Of a stretch of DNA of 64,000 bases, positions 11,848 to 21,501 are shown piece by piece. Positions within the stretch are counted from its first letter, which is position 1, and every line of letters starts with the position of its first letter. The position numbers were made by a program, and so were the translations under genes. The notes under the pieces are model-generated. The model was not told the origin of the DNA. It did not search any database and worked only from the letters and a program-made list of their open reading frames with translations. This DNA is from Spirochaetota bacterium (GTDB taxonomy: Bacteria; Spirochaetota; UBA4802; UB4802): assembly GCA_026414805.1 (NCBI GenBank), contig JAOAIH010000001.1, forward strand, positions 51,335-115,334. The letters run 5' to 3'.

Positions 11848-12969
11848 TTACATTGAGCGTATCTGTATTGGCATTATAACTGAGCGGAAATTGATATCAT
11901 CTTCGGGATATATTAATACTGGACTCATAACTCCTGTTATACACATTACAACTGAAAAAGAATCTATCTCCTTTAATAAATCCAGTAAAAACTGTACATT
12001 AATCCCTATTGTTATTGATTCTTTACTATCCGATTCAATAGACACTTCCTCCTGCCCTTCACCCTGATCGGGGTAACTTGCTTCAATGTTTAGTGAATTC
12101 TGTGAAAATTTCAGCAATATCCTCCACGAAGGTTCATTTGTAAAAATTTTGATTCTATTGAGCGCTTCTCTTAATTTTTTTACTTCAATTACTGATTTTA
12201 ATAAATAATCTTTAGGAATTACCTGTTTATAATCCGGAAACTGACCATCAATGAGTCTGGATACTAACACTGTTGGTCCTATTTTTACAAAACACCTACT
12301 ATCATCAAAAGCTAAAAGACATACACCCTTATCATCTAAAAGCCGTAAAAGCTCGTTAACTGTTTTAAGAGGTAATATAAAACCTTTTTTCATCAAATCA
12401 TTACCAGCAATATCTCTTTTGATCATAGATAAGCGTCGTGAATCGGTTGCAACAACAGTAATCGACTTTTCATCTTCTGATACAATATATACACCATTAA
12501 ATATAGGTTTTACTGTATCGTGAGCAGCAGCATGTACAGTTTTGCTTATCATTTCTTTGAATATTTTTTGTTCTATTTCTATTGCATTTTTAAAATCACA
12601 TTCTGTGATAGAAGGGTACTCTTCTGCAGAAGATCCAACCAGTACATATTGCCCTTTTACCAATCCTGATTTTGATGAAATTGATATATTTGTGTTATTT
12701 ACTTCAAGTATTATCACCCCATCAGGAAACTCTTTTAATAAACCCACCAGACGTTTCCCATTTATTGTAAAGGAACATGTACCATCCGAAATAACATCCA
12801 ACTGTGTTTTAATACCTATCTCATTATCTGTTCCAGTAATTGTAAGATTATCACCATTCACATTAAAAAGACATTGCGTGAGTATTGTATTAATACTTTT
12901 TGCACTCACAACAGAATCCGCTATTGTTGTTGCTTTGATCATTTGAATTTTGTCTACTTCAATTCTCAT
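11848..12969 (-). CDS. dnaN: DNA polymerase III beta sliding clamp
   Basis: 373 aa. Three-domain clamp-like sequence in the canonical position between dnaA and recF. Confidence 0.9.
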   Translation of the reverse strand: MRIEVDKIQMIKATTIADSVVSAKSINTILTQCLFNVNGDNLTITGTDNEIGIKTQLDVISDGTCSFTINGKRLVGLLKEFPDGVIILEVNNTNISISSKSGLVKGQYVLVGSSAEEYPSITECDFKNAIEIEQKIFKEMISKTVHAAAHDTVKPIFNGVYIVSEDEKSITVVATDSRRLSMIKRDIAGNDLMKKGFILPLKTVNELLRLLDDKGVCLLAFDDSRCFVKIGPTVLVSRLIDGQFPDYKQVIPKDYLLKSVIEVKKLREALNRIKIFTNEPSWRILLKFSQNSLNIEASYPDQGEGQEEVSIESDSKESITIGINVQFLLDLLKEIDSFSVVMCITGVMSPVLIYPEDDINFRSVIMPIQIRSM

Positions 12970-13229
12970 TGTTCACACCACCATTTCTTTTATTACTATT
13001 TATATTTTAAACTTATTTTAAATAAGTGTTAGTAATAGTGATAGTATTTTTGTTGATAACTGTAAAAAATCCTGAACTTTTCAGCATTTGGAAAAAATTT
13101 ACTTTGTTAATAATAATCAAAACAATCATTGTAAATTATTTAAAACCCATCTCTGCAACGTATAGATGTTAGATATAATAAAAAAAATTTATAACTATAC
13201 ATACTTTTAAACAATTTACTAACACAATA

Positions 13230-14574
13230 TTAACTTCGCAATTCGGAGATTAGTTCATCTATGACTTCTTTAAAATCCATATCTTCTTCTATGGATTTTT
13301 CTATGTTATTAATAGCATTGAGTACAGTTGAGTGATCTCTGTCACCAAACTCTTTTCCTATCTCGATTGTTGTTAGTTCTGTTAATCTACGAGAAAGATA
13401 CATTGCAATAAAACGTGGCTGCACTACTTTACTTTGTCTGTTTTTTGAAATGATATCTTCAACAGTAACTCCAAATTTAGAAGCCACTTTTACCATAATA
13501 TCGTGTACGGTAATCTTTTTGTTACTGTCAACATCAAATAGATCTTTGCAATGATCTTTTGCTAATTGAACAGTTATAGGCTGATTATATATACTTGACA
13601 CCATGCTAAGCCTGACCAATGCAGCTTCAAGCGCACGTATACTTGATTTTATCCTACGAGCTATATAGTTGCATACTTCATCGGAGAGCTCAATGTTTAT
13701 TTTCTCTGCTTTATTTCGCAGAATTGCCTCTCGGGTTTCTAAGTTTGGAAGCTGGATATCAACAATCATTCCCCACTCAAATCGGGTTCTAAGCCTCTCT
13801 TCAAGTGTTGAAAGCTCTTTTGGAGGCCTATCACTGGAAATTACAATTTGTTTTTTATTATTATGTAGTGTATTAAAAGTATGGAAAAACTCTTCTTGAG
13901 TTTGCTCTTTCTTTTCAATAAACTGAATATCATCTATCAACAGGATATCCACATTCCTGTATTTAATCTTAAAGCTTGATAAGGTATTAGCTCTTATTGC
14001 CTGTATAAATTCGTTAATGAATTGCTCGCAAGGAACATACAATACGTTAAGGTATGGCCGTTCTTGAATAATCCTATGACCTATGGCCTGCATAAGGTGA
14101 GTTTTACCTAGTCCAGTGCCCCCATAAATAAACAAAGGATTATATTGTGTTGCAGGAGCTTTTGAAACAGATATTGCAGCTGCATGTGCCAACTGGTTGT
14201 TAGGACCAATGACAAAATTTTCAAAAGTATAGTTTGGATTTAATATAGTAGGAAATTGTAATGTCTCTTTTTGATCTTCATTTGGAACTAGTATAGGAGA
14301 ATTTTTTGGCTGTTCCTTAAAGCCATTACCAGTAACAAACTCACACATTATTTCTTTGCCTGTTTGTTCCTTAATGATGGAGTGAATTAGTGAGGCATAA
14401 TGGTCAGAAATATGCCGTTTTGCTACATCATCTGGAACTTTAACAACTAGGATATTTTCATTATATGCCACTGGTTCCGTATTTTTGAACCACATATTGA
14501 AAGATTGTTTATTAATATATGTTTCAACCGAATTTAATACCTTATTCCAGATAGTTACTGTTTGATCTGTCATA
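13230..14574 (-). CDS. dnaA: chromosomal replication initiator DnaA
   Basis: AAA+ Walker A GGTGLGKTHLMQAIGH and a C-terminal DnaA-box-binding HTH (HSTVLNAI). The listed ORF extends to a TTG at 14600; ATG 14574 (MTDQTVTIWNKVL...) is the more likely start. Confidence 0.93.
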
Positions 14575-14900
14575 TTAATAACCCACCTAGTTATCAACAA
14601 TTGTTAATAACTTTGTTGATATCGTAATATACGTTTAGCATGTAATGAAAAGGTTAGTAGCTCAAATCTTTTGGTGTTGATAGTATGTTGAATTGGCTCT
14701 AATAAAGCATGATTACTTTTTTTTGCAACCAATTAATACATAAAAATTATCGGGACAATAAAAAATTTTTTAATTATGGATAATATGAGTATAAATGATT
14801 AAAATCTGTGAATATTATGTGGATAAATAGAAATATATAGTTGAAAAATATGATTTTATGTGTATTATTTGTTAATAATCTATACTAAAAGGTGTAAGCC
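14575..14900. promoter_or_regulatory. candidate oriC / dnaA promoter region with DnaA boxes and an AT-rich unwinding element
   Basis: Perfect DnaA box TGTGGATAA at 14818-14826. Near-perfect boxes TATGGATAA at 14775-14783 and TTATCAACA at 14591-14599. Long A/T runs at 14750-14775. Confidence 0.5.
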
Positions 14901-15158
14901 ATGGGTGTAATAATTAAAGACATAAAGAAAAATAATAATGAAATTATAAGGGTTGAAATTTCTGAATTCCAGGGAAAAGAACTAATTAATTTAAGAATAT
15001 GGTATCAGACAATCGATGGTGGAGAAGTTGTGTATAAGCCAACACAAAAAGGTGTTGCACTTTCGGTTGAAAAATTTGATGAATTACAGGAAGCGGTCAC
15101 AAAAATAGCTGAGTATTTACATGATAAAAAACATGGAACTACTCCACATGATGTATAG
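14901..15158 (+). CDS. PC4/YdbC-like putative ssDNA-binding small protein
   Basis: 85 aa. The pattern LRIWYQT...KPTQKGVALSVEKFDEL resembles the bacterial PC4 (YdbC) family consensus (IRxW...KGIxLSxEEF). It lies directly beside the origin. Confidence 0.4.
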   Translation: MGVIIKDIKKNNNEIIRVEISEFQGKELINLRIWYQTIDGGEVVYKPTQKGVALSVEKFDELQEAVTKIAEYLHDKKHGTTPHDV

Positions 15159-16599
15159 TTTCGTGATAATACAACTTAATAATTGATTGTATTAGTAAGT
15201 ATTGTGATTTTTTTATCTGCATCTCATCATGTAGTAAATTGGGGTTTAGTACACCATTAATCATATCCATAATGCAATATTGTGCTCCTATGGGTAGCTT
15301 CTGAGTACAATTGTGAACAAGCTTTTTTGGTAGTTGTTTAAATGCTGTTGCAAGGGTAAACCATCCAAGTTCAAATAGTAAATAATATATACTATCAGAA
15401 TTAATGTATTTAGGATATAATTTGTGAAATGGCATAGAATATAATTTATTTATTTGTGACATGTGTGAAAGATAAAGTTGTATTAGAGAATATTGTGCTT
15501 CCATTGTGTCCATATAATTAAATTTATTTTTAAAATATGAATGTATACTTTGTAATCTTCTTGAAGAGATGTACAGCGATAGTTTTTGTAATAGGAATGT
15601 GTGGTTGGAAAAAGCTGAAGCGATAGTACTATCAGTACAATGTGATAATATAGTGTACAACAATCCTGAATTTTCTATTTCATTAAACCAGGTTTCAAAA
15701 TTTTTTTTCTGAAATGTGGACAGTATTGTTATAAAGTGCAGAATCTTATTAATTTTGTCTATAAAATTGCCATACTTAAAGTATTGTTTACTTCTCAGTT
15801 TTAAATAGAGAATCTCTTCAAAAGCATATATCCCTTCAATCAAATCCCGGGTCTTGATATTTTTAACTACTTGTCCAACATGCATTATATCTGATATAAG
15901 ATTGCTGGAAATGTTATATTTGATTTTTAATGCATGTTGAGGAAAAGCACGTGTTAATAGATACAGATGATAAGGAGTGAGTACATTTTCGTTCAATAAG
16001 AAATAAATTAGTTTTTGTAACTCATTGTCTTCCATTCTTTCAAGAATAATTTCAAGAGAAGGGAAAAGGTTATAGGGATCTCTAAAAAACTGCAAAAATT
16101 GTAATTCAATATCATTGATCAAACCTTGCTTTGTTAAGTCATTAGCTTTTATTCTAAAAAGCTTAAAAAATTCTAAAGGGACATAGATTGTGAAAGAATG
16201 TACATCATTATTTGTAGGATCATCATGAAAAGAAGCGGTAATGGAAACATGTGGAATTTTCAAAGATGCGTTTTCAGATGGTACTTCATCAGAAAAAGTT
16301 ACTTTTAATATTTTTTTTGTAACCATGCTTACTCGTAATGCTATGCTAAAGGTGTTGTTATGAATATATTCCTTTATTGCTAGGAAAATATTGTTATTAT
16401 CAGTGGTGATAGTTATTGGATAATGTTTTGAAGACACTTTATGAAATGAAATACTGATATTATATTTTTGTAATTGTATGTATTCTTCCTGCCATGGGGT
16501 TAAAGCAAATATATTACAGTTGCATACCCTTGCTATTGAAACATCGATATCCTGAAACAGAATCAAGAAAAGTAGATGCGAAGCTGTGTTATAAAACAT
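15139..16599 (-). CDS. hypothetical protein (486 aa) at the end of the REC-GGDEF / REC-PP2C operon
   Basis: Long ORF with typical coding composition; no motif recognised. A 25-nt gap separates it from the upstream REC-PP2C gene. Confidence 0.5.
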   Translation of the reverse strand: MFYNTASHLLFLILFQDIDVSIARVCNCNIFALTPWQEEYIQLQKYNISISFHKVSSKHYPITITTDNNNIFLAIKEYIHNNTFSIALRVSMVTKKILKVTFSDEVPSENASLKIPHVSITASFHDDPTNNDVHSFTIYVPLEFFKLFRIKANDLTKQGLINDIELQFLQFFRDPYNLFPSLEIILERMEDNELQKLIYFLLNENVLTPYHLYLLTRAFPQHALKIKYNISSNLISDIMHVGQVVKNIKTRDLIEGIYAFEEILYLKLRSKQYFKYGNFIDKINKILHFITILSTFQKKNFETWFNEIENSGLLYTILSHCTDSTIASAFSNHTFLLQKLSLYISSRRLQSIHSYFKNKFNYMDTMEAQYSLIQLYLSHMSQINKLYSMPFHKLYPKYINSDSIYYLLFELGWFTLATAFKQLPKKLVHNCTQKLPIGAQYCIMDMINGVLNPNLLHDEMQIKKSQYLLIQSIIKLYYHETIHHVE

Positions 16600-16624
16600 T
16601 TCGTGTTTTAGCTTATTGTAAAAT

Positions 16625-17842
16625 TTATGAAAAATCTATATACACAAAAGCGATATCATCATTCCTCTCCTCCAGTGGGGAGAAGTTTTCAAGAGTTTGT
16701 AAAAGATGTTCACAAAATTCTTCCGGGTTTTCATTGTGTTGTTTTAAGAATTTTGCTAATCTATTTTCTCCAAATTCTTCTTTATTGGCATTTTTAATTT
16801 CAGTTATGCCATCTGTATAAAGTATGCACCTGTCACCCTGTTCAAAGTGGATGGTCTTTTGCTCATAGAGTGAATCATCCTGAATACCTAAAAATAACCC
16901 GTTTGTGTCAAGGGCAATAACTTTGTCTGAATTTTTTCTATAGTACAATGGTCGTGTATGTCCAGCATTTGTGAAAGAAATGGTTTTTTTATCAACATCA
17001 ATAAGCATGTAAAATGCAGTAATATATTGCATATCTAACAATAATCCACGCATTTCTTCATTGATTTTTGCCATTAGTTGCTGAGTGTTTGTTATCTCAT
17101 ACGCATAGATATTGAATGTCATCTTTGCCATACTCATGACAAGAGCTGCAGGGATCCCGTGTCCAGTAACATCGGCAATGAGAATACCAACTTTTGAATC
17201 AGAGATTTTATAGCAATCAAAAAGATCTCCACCAATATCAGCAATAGGGAGGTATCGTCCGCTGATAGATGGATATGATATGAATGAAAAATCTTTAGGA
17301 ATGATGAATTGTTGGAGTCGTTTTGCATATTCAAGTTCTTTTTGAATTAATTGATTCTTTTCATAGAGTTCATCATGAGCATTTTTTAATCTCAGTAAAG
17401 ACTGTACCCGTGCTATCAATTCTTTTGGGTTAAGTGGTTTTAACAAAAAATCATCAGCGCCAATCGTTAATCCTTTAATCTTTGAATTAAGATCATCAAG
17501 GCCCGTCATAAGAATGACAGGAATAAATTCGTTCCCTATATATTTTTTGAATTGTTCAAGAAAACCAAAACCATCTAAATTTGGCATCACAATATCAACC
17601 AGTATTAAATCAAAGTGTCTCAATTTTAAGGCATTAAGACCTTCTATGCCATCTGATGCTTCAAAAACATTAATGTTGTAGGTTGATAAAGTATTTTTTA
17701 CAATTGCCCTGTTTAATTTACTATCATCAATAACCAATATATTTTTTGGTGTTTCTGATGAATGAAATGATTGTAATATCATAATCATTAATCCTTCATA
17801 CTGTTTTTGATGCCGCAGAGAAAAGTGAAAATTGTTGTTCAA
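16625..17842 (-). CDS. response regulator with C-terminal PP2C/SpoIIE (RsbU-like) phosphatase domain
   Basis: REC: ILVIDDSKLNRAIV...DLILVDIVMPNLDGF. PP2C-like C-terminus: ADVTGHGIPAAL, LYTDGITE and ERNDDIAFVYIDFS. Confidence 0.75.
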   Translation of the reverse strand: MNNNFHFSLRHQKQYEGLMIMILQSFHSSETPKNILVIDDSKLNRAIVKNTLSTYNINVFEASDGIEGLNALKLRHFDLILVDIVMPNLDGFGFLEQFKKYIGNEFIPVILMTGLDDLNSKIKGLTIGADDFLLKPLNPKELIARVQSLLRLKNAHDELYEKNQLIQKELEYAKRLQQFIIPKDFSFISYPSISGRYLPIADIGGDLFDCYKISDSKVGILIADVTGHGIPAALVMSMAKMTFNIYAYEITNTQQLMAKINEEMRGLLLDMQYITAFYMLIDVDKKTISFTNAGHTRPLYYRKNSDKVIALDTNGLFLGIQDDSLYEQKTIHFEQGDRCILYTDGITEIKNANKEEFGENRLAKFLKQHNENPEEFCEHLLQTLENFSPLEERNDDIAFVYIDFS

Positions 17843-19976
17843 TATATGGACCAGAGGAATACGCTATATAAATATCTTTGATTATGCGATATTCTTCATC
17901 CTTTAGAATATTTGGAGCATATAACGGAAGATTAATTTGATCACAGAATAATCGCAACCCGTTTATAATTTTTATTCTATCTTTAAAATAATGGATGTTT
18001 CGGATCATATGTTCGGAAAGTATCACCATAGAGAATTCAATTGTAGAAAGGTATTGCAACAAGTTGCTTCCAATATAGCAATTTGAAACTGCAAATTCAA
18101 TACATGAATTGTTTTTTAAAGATAATCTCTCAAATTGGGTACTAAATGAATTCAAGTCTATTTCATCAATAGCTAAGATAACTTTTTTGAGTGAAAGTTT
18201 GGTGCAAATAGTATGCAGTGTTTCAATTTGTAATGATAGATCAATTGCAGAAATCCAGTTAATAATGACAGGTAATTGTATATGATGTGCTATCATAATT
18301 TCAGACAATGACGAAATAAATTGCATATAATGGTTAGCGGCTGTTATCGCATTTTTTGTCATAATATCAAAAAAGTTTTTTGCTGAAACAAGTTGCTTGC
18401 TTAATACATGATACATCGTTTTTTTAAAGCTTGTTGTATACACCGGCATAAAAAAGAGATAATCGCTGATTTCTTTTTTGGAATGAATTGCGTGTAAAAA
18501 TGAAGTCACTATGTTTGCTTCATTTGGAAGTGATAATAGTGGGGCAAAATATGATTTAATTGACTTAATTTCTTGTAGTATTTTTCTGGCACGGTTTTTG
18601 TGAAATGGGACAACTCCATGAGCATAGTGAATATCAATATGATGATGTATGGATTGCAATGAAATATCCAGAACAATTTCTTTACATAATTTATTAAATT
18701 CAGAAATGTTGGTTTTTAATGTTGAAGGAAATGGAAAAAGAATTGCTATTTCATAATCATAAAGATCCGCAACGGTTACATATCGTTCATAGGGAAAATG
18801 TATTTCACAAATCTTAGGGATCAGTAGAGCAATATTCTCTATATCGTATTCAAAATTTTTGTATCCCCTGTATTGGTAAAAATCAATAAGTGGCATAATT
18901 TTTATAATTAACACGCCAATCGCGTCTATTGATGTTTCAAAAGATAGCAGATTTTCAAGGACAACTGGAAGATAATGGTAGCCTGTCACAGGTTCATGAA
19001 GGAATGGGTCAATGAATATATTTTTAATTGCTTTATTTGTTTTAATGTATTCCCAGAATTTATCATTTCTGGACATGATAGGGCTGAAAGTGTATACACG
19101 ATTCCTTCCATCAGTTTTTGCTGAATATAAAGCTTGGTCAGCACGTGATAGCAATTCTGACAGATTGGTACCCATAGAGGGATACTCTGAAATGCCTGCA
19201 GAAAAGCTTACTGAAAATGTTTTATCGGGAGTGTTGGTTTTGAAGCTGATACTTGAAAATTGAAGCCTGATGCGGTCTATAATTTTTTTTGCTTCATTTG
19301 ACTGAAGCCCTGGGAATATGACTACAAATTCTTCACCGCCAAAGCGGGCAGGAGTAAAGTTATTTGATTGCAGTGATTTTAGCATATTAGCTAACTGAAT
19401 CAGCACAATATCTCCAATTGGATGACCATAAGTATCGTTGATATTTTTAAAATGGTCAATATCAATAATAGCTATACAGACACAGCTATGGATGTGACTT
19501 TCAATCTCAAATGAAAAGCGACGAAAAAATTCTTTTCTAGTAAAAAGGCCAGTGAGGTCATCAGTGACTGACAGCAGATAAAGCTCATCATGCTGTACTA
19601 ATTTTGCATGGACTAAAGAGTGTAACTCTTCATTTTTAAAGGGTACAGCTAGATACCCATCTGCTCCTGCATCAATTGCTGAGATTCTGTCATGTATCTC
19701 GTTATTTTGGCCAAAGACAATACAGGGAACATAACGGGTTATTGAATTTTTCTTAATTAGGCTCACAAGTTCAAATGCATTAATGTCGGCAATGTCAGTA
19801 CCAATTAATATGATATGGGGCAATTTATATGATATAAGGCTCAGTACTTCCATGCCGCTTTTTGTAATTGTTATCGTATATAGCGAATCTGAAAAAACCC
19901 TTGTGATGGTGCTAATAGAATCTTCATCTTTAGATACGATAAAAATCTGATAATTTTTTTCAATGCCCGGTGTCAT
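17796..19976 (-). CDS. response regulator-diguanylate cyclase (REC-GGDEF) with ~420-aa C-terminal extension (possibly degenerate GGDEF/EAL)
   Basis: REC domain at the N-terminus. GGDEF domain with LTGLFTRKEF, IDIDHFKNINDTYGH and the GGEEF active-site motif (RFGGEEFVVIF). The C-terminal part carries weak GGDEF-like and EAL-like remnants. Confidence 0.8.
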   Translation of the reverse strand: MTPGIEKNYQIFIVSKDEDSISTITRVFSDSLYTITITKSGMEVLSLISYKLPHIILIGTDIADINAFELVSLIKKNSITRYVPCIVFGQNNEIHDRISAIDAGADGYLAVPFKNEELHSLVHAKLVQHDELYLLSVTDDLTGLFTRKEFFRRFSFEIESHIHSCVCIAIIDIDHFKNINDTYGHPIGDIVLIQLANMLKSLQSNNFTPARFGGEEFVVIFPGLQSNEAKKIIDRIRLQFSSISFKTNTPDKTFSVSFSAGISEYPSMGTNLSELLSRADQALYSAKTDGRNRVYTFSPIMSRNDKFWEYIKTNKAIKNIFIDPFLHEPVTGYHYLPVVLENLLSFETSIDAIGVLIIKIMPLIDFYQYRGYKNFEYDIENIALLIPKICEIHFPYERYVTVADLYDYEIAILFPFPSTLKTNISEFNKLCKEIVLDISLQSIHHHIDIHYAHGVVPFHKNRARKILQEIKSIKSYFAPLLSLPNEANIVTSFLHAIHSKKEISDYLFFMPVYTTSFKKTMYHVLSKQLVSAKNFFDIMTKNAITAANHYMQFISSLSEIMIAHHIQLPVIINWISAIDLSLQIETLHTICTKLSLKKVILAIDEIDLNSFSTQFERLSLKNNSCIEFAVSNCYIGSNLLQYLSTIEFSMVILSEHMIRNIHYFKDRIKIINGLRLFCDQINLPLYAPNILKDEEYRIIKDIYIAYSSGPYIEQQFSLFSAASKTV

Positions 19977-19982
19977 TATTCG

Positions 19983-20825
19983 TTAATATCCCAACGTTTC
20001 ATTTAATATTTTTAAAGACTCTACTGCTGCACTGGCATAATCCAGCAAGCTATACTGCGGCTCCTTATATGCATAATTTATACTGCTAGAAGCATTTACA
20101 CGATGAAGGCTTTTAGTACGGGTATTATTTAATAATGCACTAACTGCTTCAATATCTCCTCCCTGTGTACCAATACCGGGTATGAGCAATGGGATGTCTT
20201 TCCCTGATTCATCAAACAATTGTATAATGTCGTTGAGTTGTCGTGGGAATGTTGCGCCAACAACAGCTCCAATACCGGGAGAATGCCACTCAATAATTTT
20301 TTTTGCAATTATAAAATATAATGGTGTATCATTAACAGTAATATCCTGTATTTCTACCGAACTTTTGTTGGATGTTTTAACAAGAACATAACAACCCTTA
20401 TCCGGGTAAGTGCTTGTAAATGGTTGAATTGCGTCATATCCAAGGTAGGGCGAAAGTGTGACAGCGTCAGCATCAAAGAATTCAAATGCTTCTTTTGCAT
20501 ACGCTGTTGCGGTTTTGCCAATGTCTCCTCGTTTTACATCCAGTATAACAGGAATCCCTTCATTTTTAAAAAGCTTTATGACATCACATAATGCAAAAAT
20601 TCCTTCAATGCCATACTGTGCATAAAAAGCATAATTTGGTTTTACACAGGCAGGGAAAACCCCAAGCTGCAAACATTTGTTAAGTATTCCTTCATAAAAT
20701 GCAACTATCGTTGTACGTGGAGATTCTTTTTTAAAAGGTATATCTTCAATAACAGGGTCAAGGCCCATACATACAATGCTTTTAAATTTGTTGGAAAAAA
20801 ATTGTAACGATTCGCAATAGTTCAT
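19983..20825 (-). CDS. pyrF: orotidine 5'-phosphate decarboxylase (long, type 2 form)
   Basis: 280 aa. Contains VCMGLDP, VKPNYAFY and ILDVKRGDIGKTATAYA motifs. Confidence 0.8.
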   Translation of the reverse strand: MNYCESLQFFSNKFKSIVCMGLDPVIEDIPFKKESPRTTIVAFYEGILNKCLQLGVFPACVKPNYAFYAQYGIEGIFALCDVIKLFKNEGIPVILDVKRGDIGKTATAYAKEAFEFFDADAVTLSPYLGYDAIQPFTSTYPDKGCYVLVKTSNKSSVEIQDITVNDTPLYFIIAKKIIEWHSPGIGAVVGATFPRQLNDIIQLFDESGKDIPLLIPGIGTQGGDIEAVSALLNNTRTKSLHRVNASSSINYAYKEPQYSLLDYASAAVESLKILNETLGY

Positions 20826-21362
20826 TTAAGAGAGCTCCTGTAAATATTTTTGGTATAATCCATAGTTCTCATCATCAAAAAGGACAAAGTACACATCTAT
20901 AAGAAAATTTTCTTTTTCCATGAATTCAATCACTGTTGAAAGAGCTATCCTGCATGCTTCATCTTTTGGATAGCCATATACACCTGTAGAAATAGCTGGA
21001 AATGCAATTGATTTGCATTCTTTTTCTTTTGCTAATTTCATACTGTTATAATAGGAATTCTTTAATATACTAGACTCATTGTGCTTTCCTCCTCTGTATA
21101 CTGGGCCAGGCGTATGGATCACATATTTTGCCGGGAGTCTGTAGCCTTTAGTGATCTTGGCTTCGCCAGGCTGTGCGCCACCTAAAGCCCTGCATTCCTC
21201 CAAAAGCTGTGGACCTGCGGCACGGTGTATTGCACCATCAACACCCCCGCCGCCAAGCAAAGAGGGGTTTGCCGCATTGACTATCGCATCAACCTCTATT
21301 TTAGTTATATCCCCTTTCTGTATGTGTATGTGTTTCACAATAGCGCTTCTGTCTATTGCCAT
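20826..21362 (-). CDS. macro-domain protein (O-acetyl-ADP-ribose deacetylase, YmdB-like)
   Basis: DITKIEVDAIVNAANPSLLGGGGVDGAIHRAAG and GYPKDEA motifs; 178 aa. Confidence 0.85.
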   Translation of the reverse strand: MAIDRSAIVKHIHIQKGDITKIEVDAIVNAANPSLLGGGGVDGAIHRAAGPQLLEECRALGGAQPGEAKITKGYRLPAKYVIHTPGPVYRGGKHNESSILKNSYYNSMKLAKEKECKSIAFPAISTGVYGYPKDEACRIALSTVIEFMEKENFLIDVYFVLFDDENYGLYQKYLQELS

Positions 21363-21501
21363 AGGTGCCTCCCGACTATGCTATAGAGTAAAAAATTTTT
21401 TTTCACAGAAAAAAAGGTATTATTAATTGATAATAGTATGCACACTATGTGTTTAATTCAAGCATAATTAAAGAAAATGTTGTAAGAGATAGTTAAATAC
21501 T

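Noticed and set aside
12970-13229. dnaN-dnaA intergenic region as a DnaA-box cluster
   Set aside because: It is AT-rich but has no 9-mer within one mismatch of TTATCCACA. It is kept only as a possible unwinding element and not called as a feature.
16625-19976. Interpreting the REC-PP2C and REC-GGDEF genes as a partner-switching sigma-factor module
   Set aside because: No STAS anti-anti-sigma, anti-sigma kinase or sigma gene is adjacent. The architecture looks like two-component output proteins instead.
21363-21501. Strong DnaA-box cluster upstream of gidA as the true oriC
   Set aside because: Only 2-mismatch matches were found (for example TTTTTCACA). It is retained as an alternative in one finding but not called as a feature.
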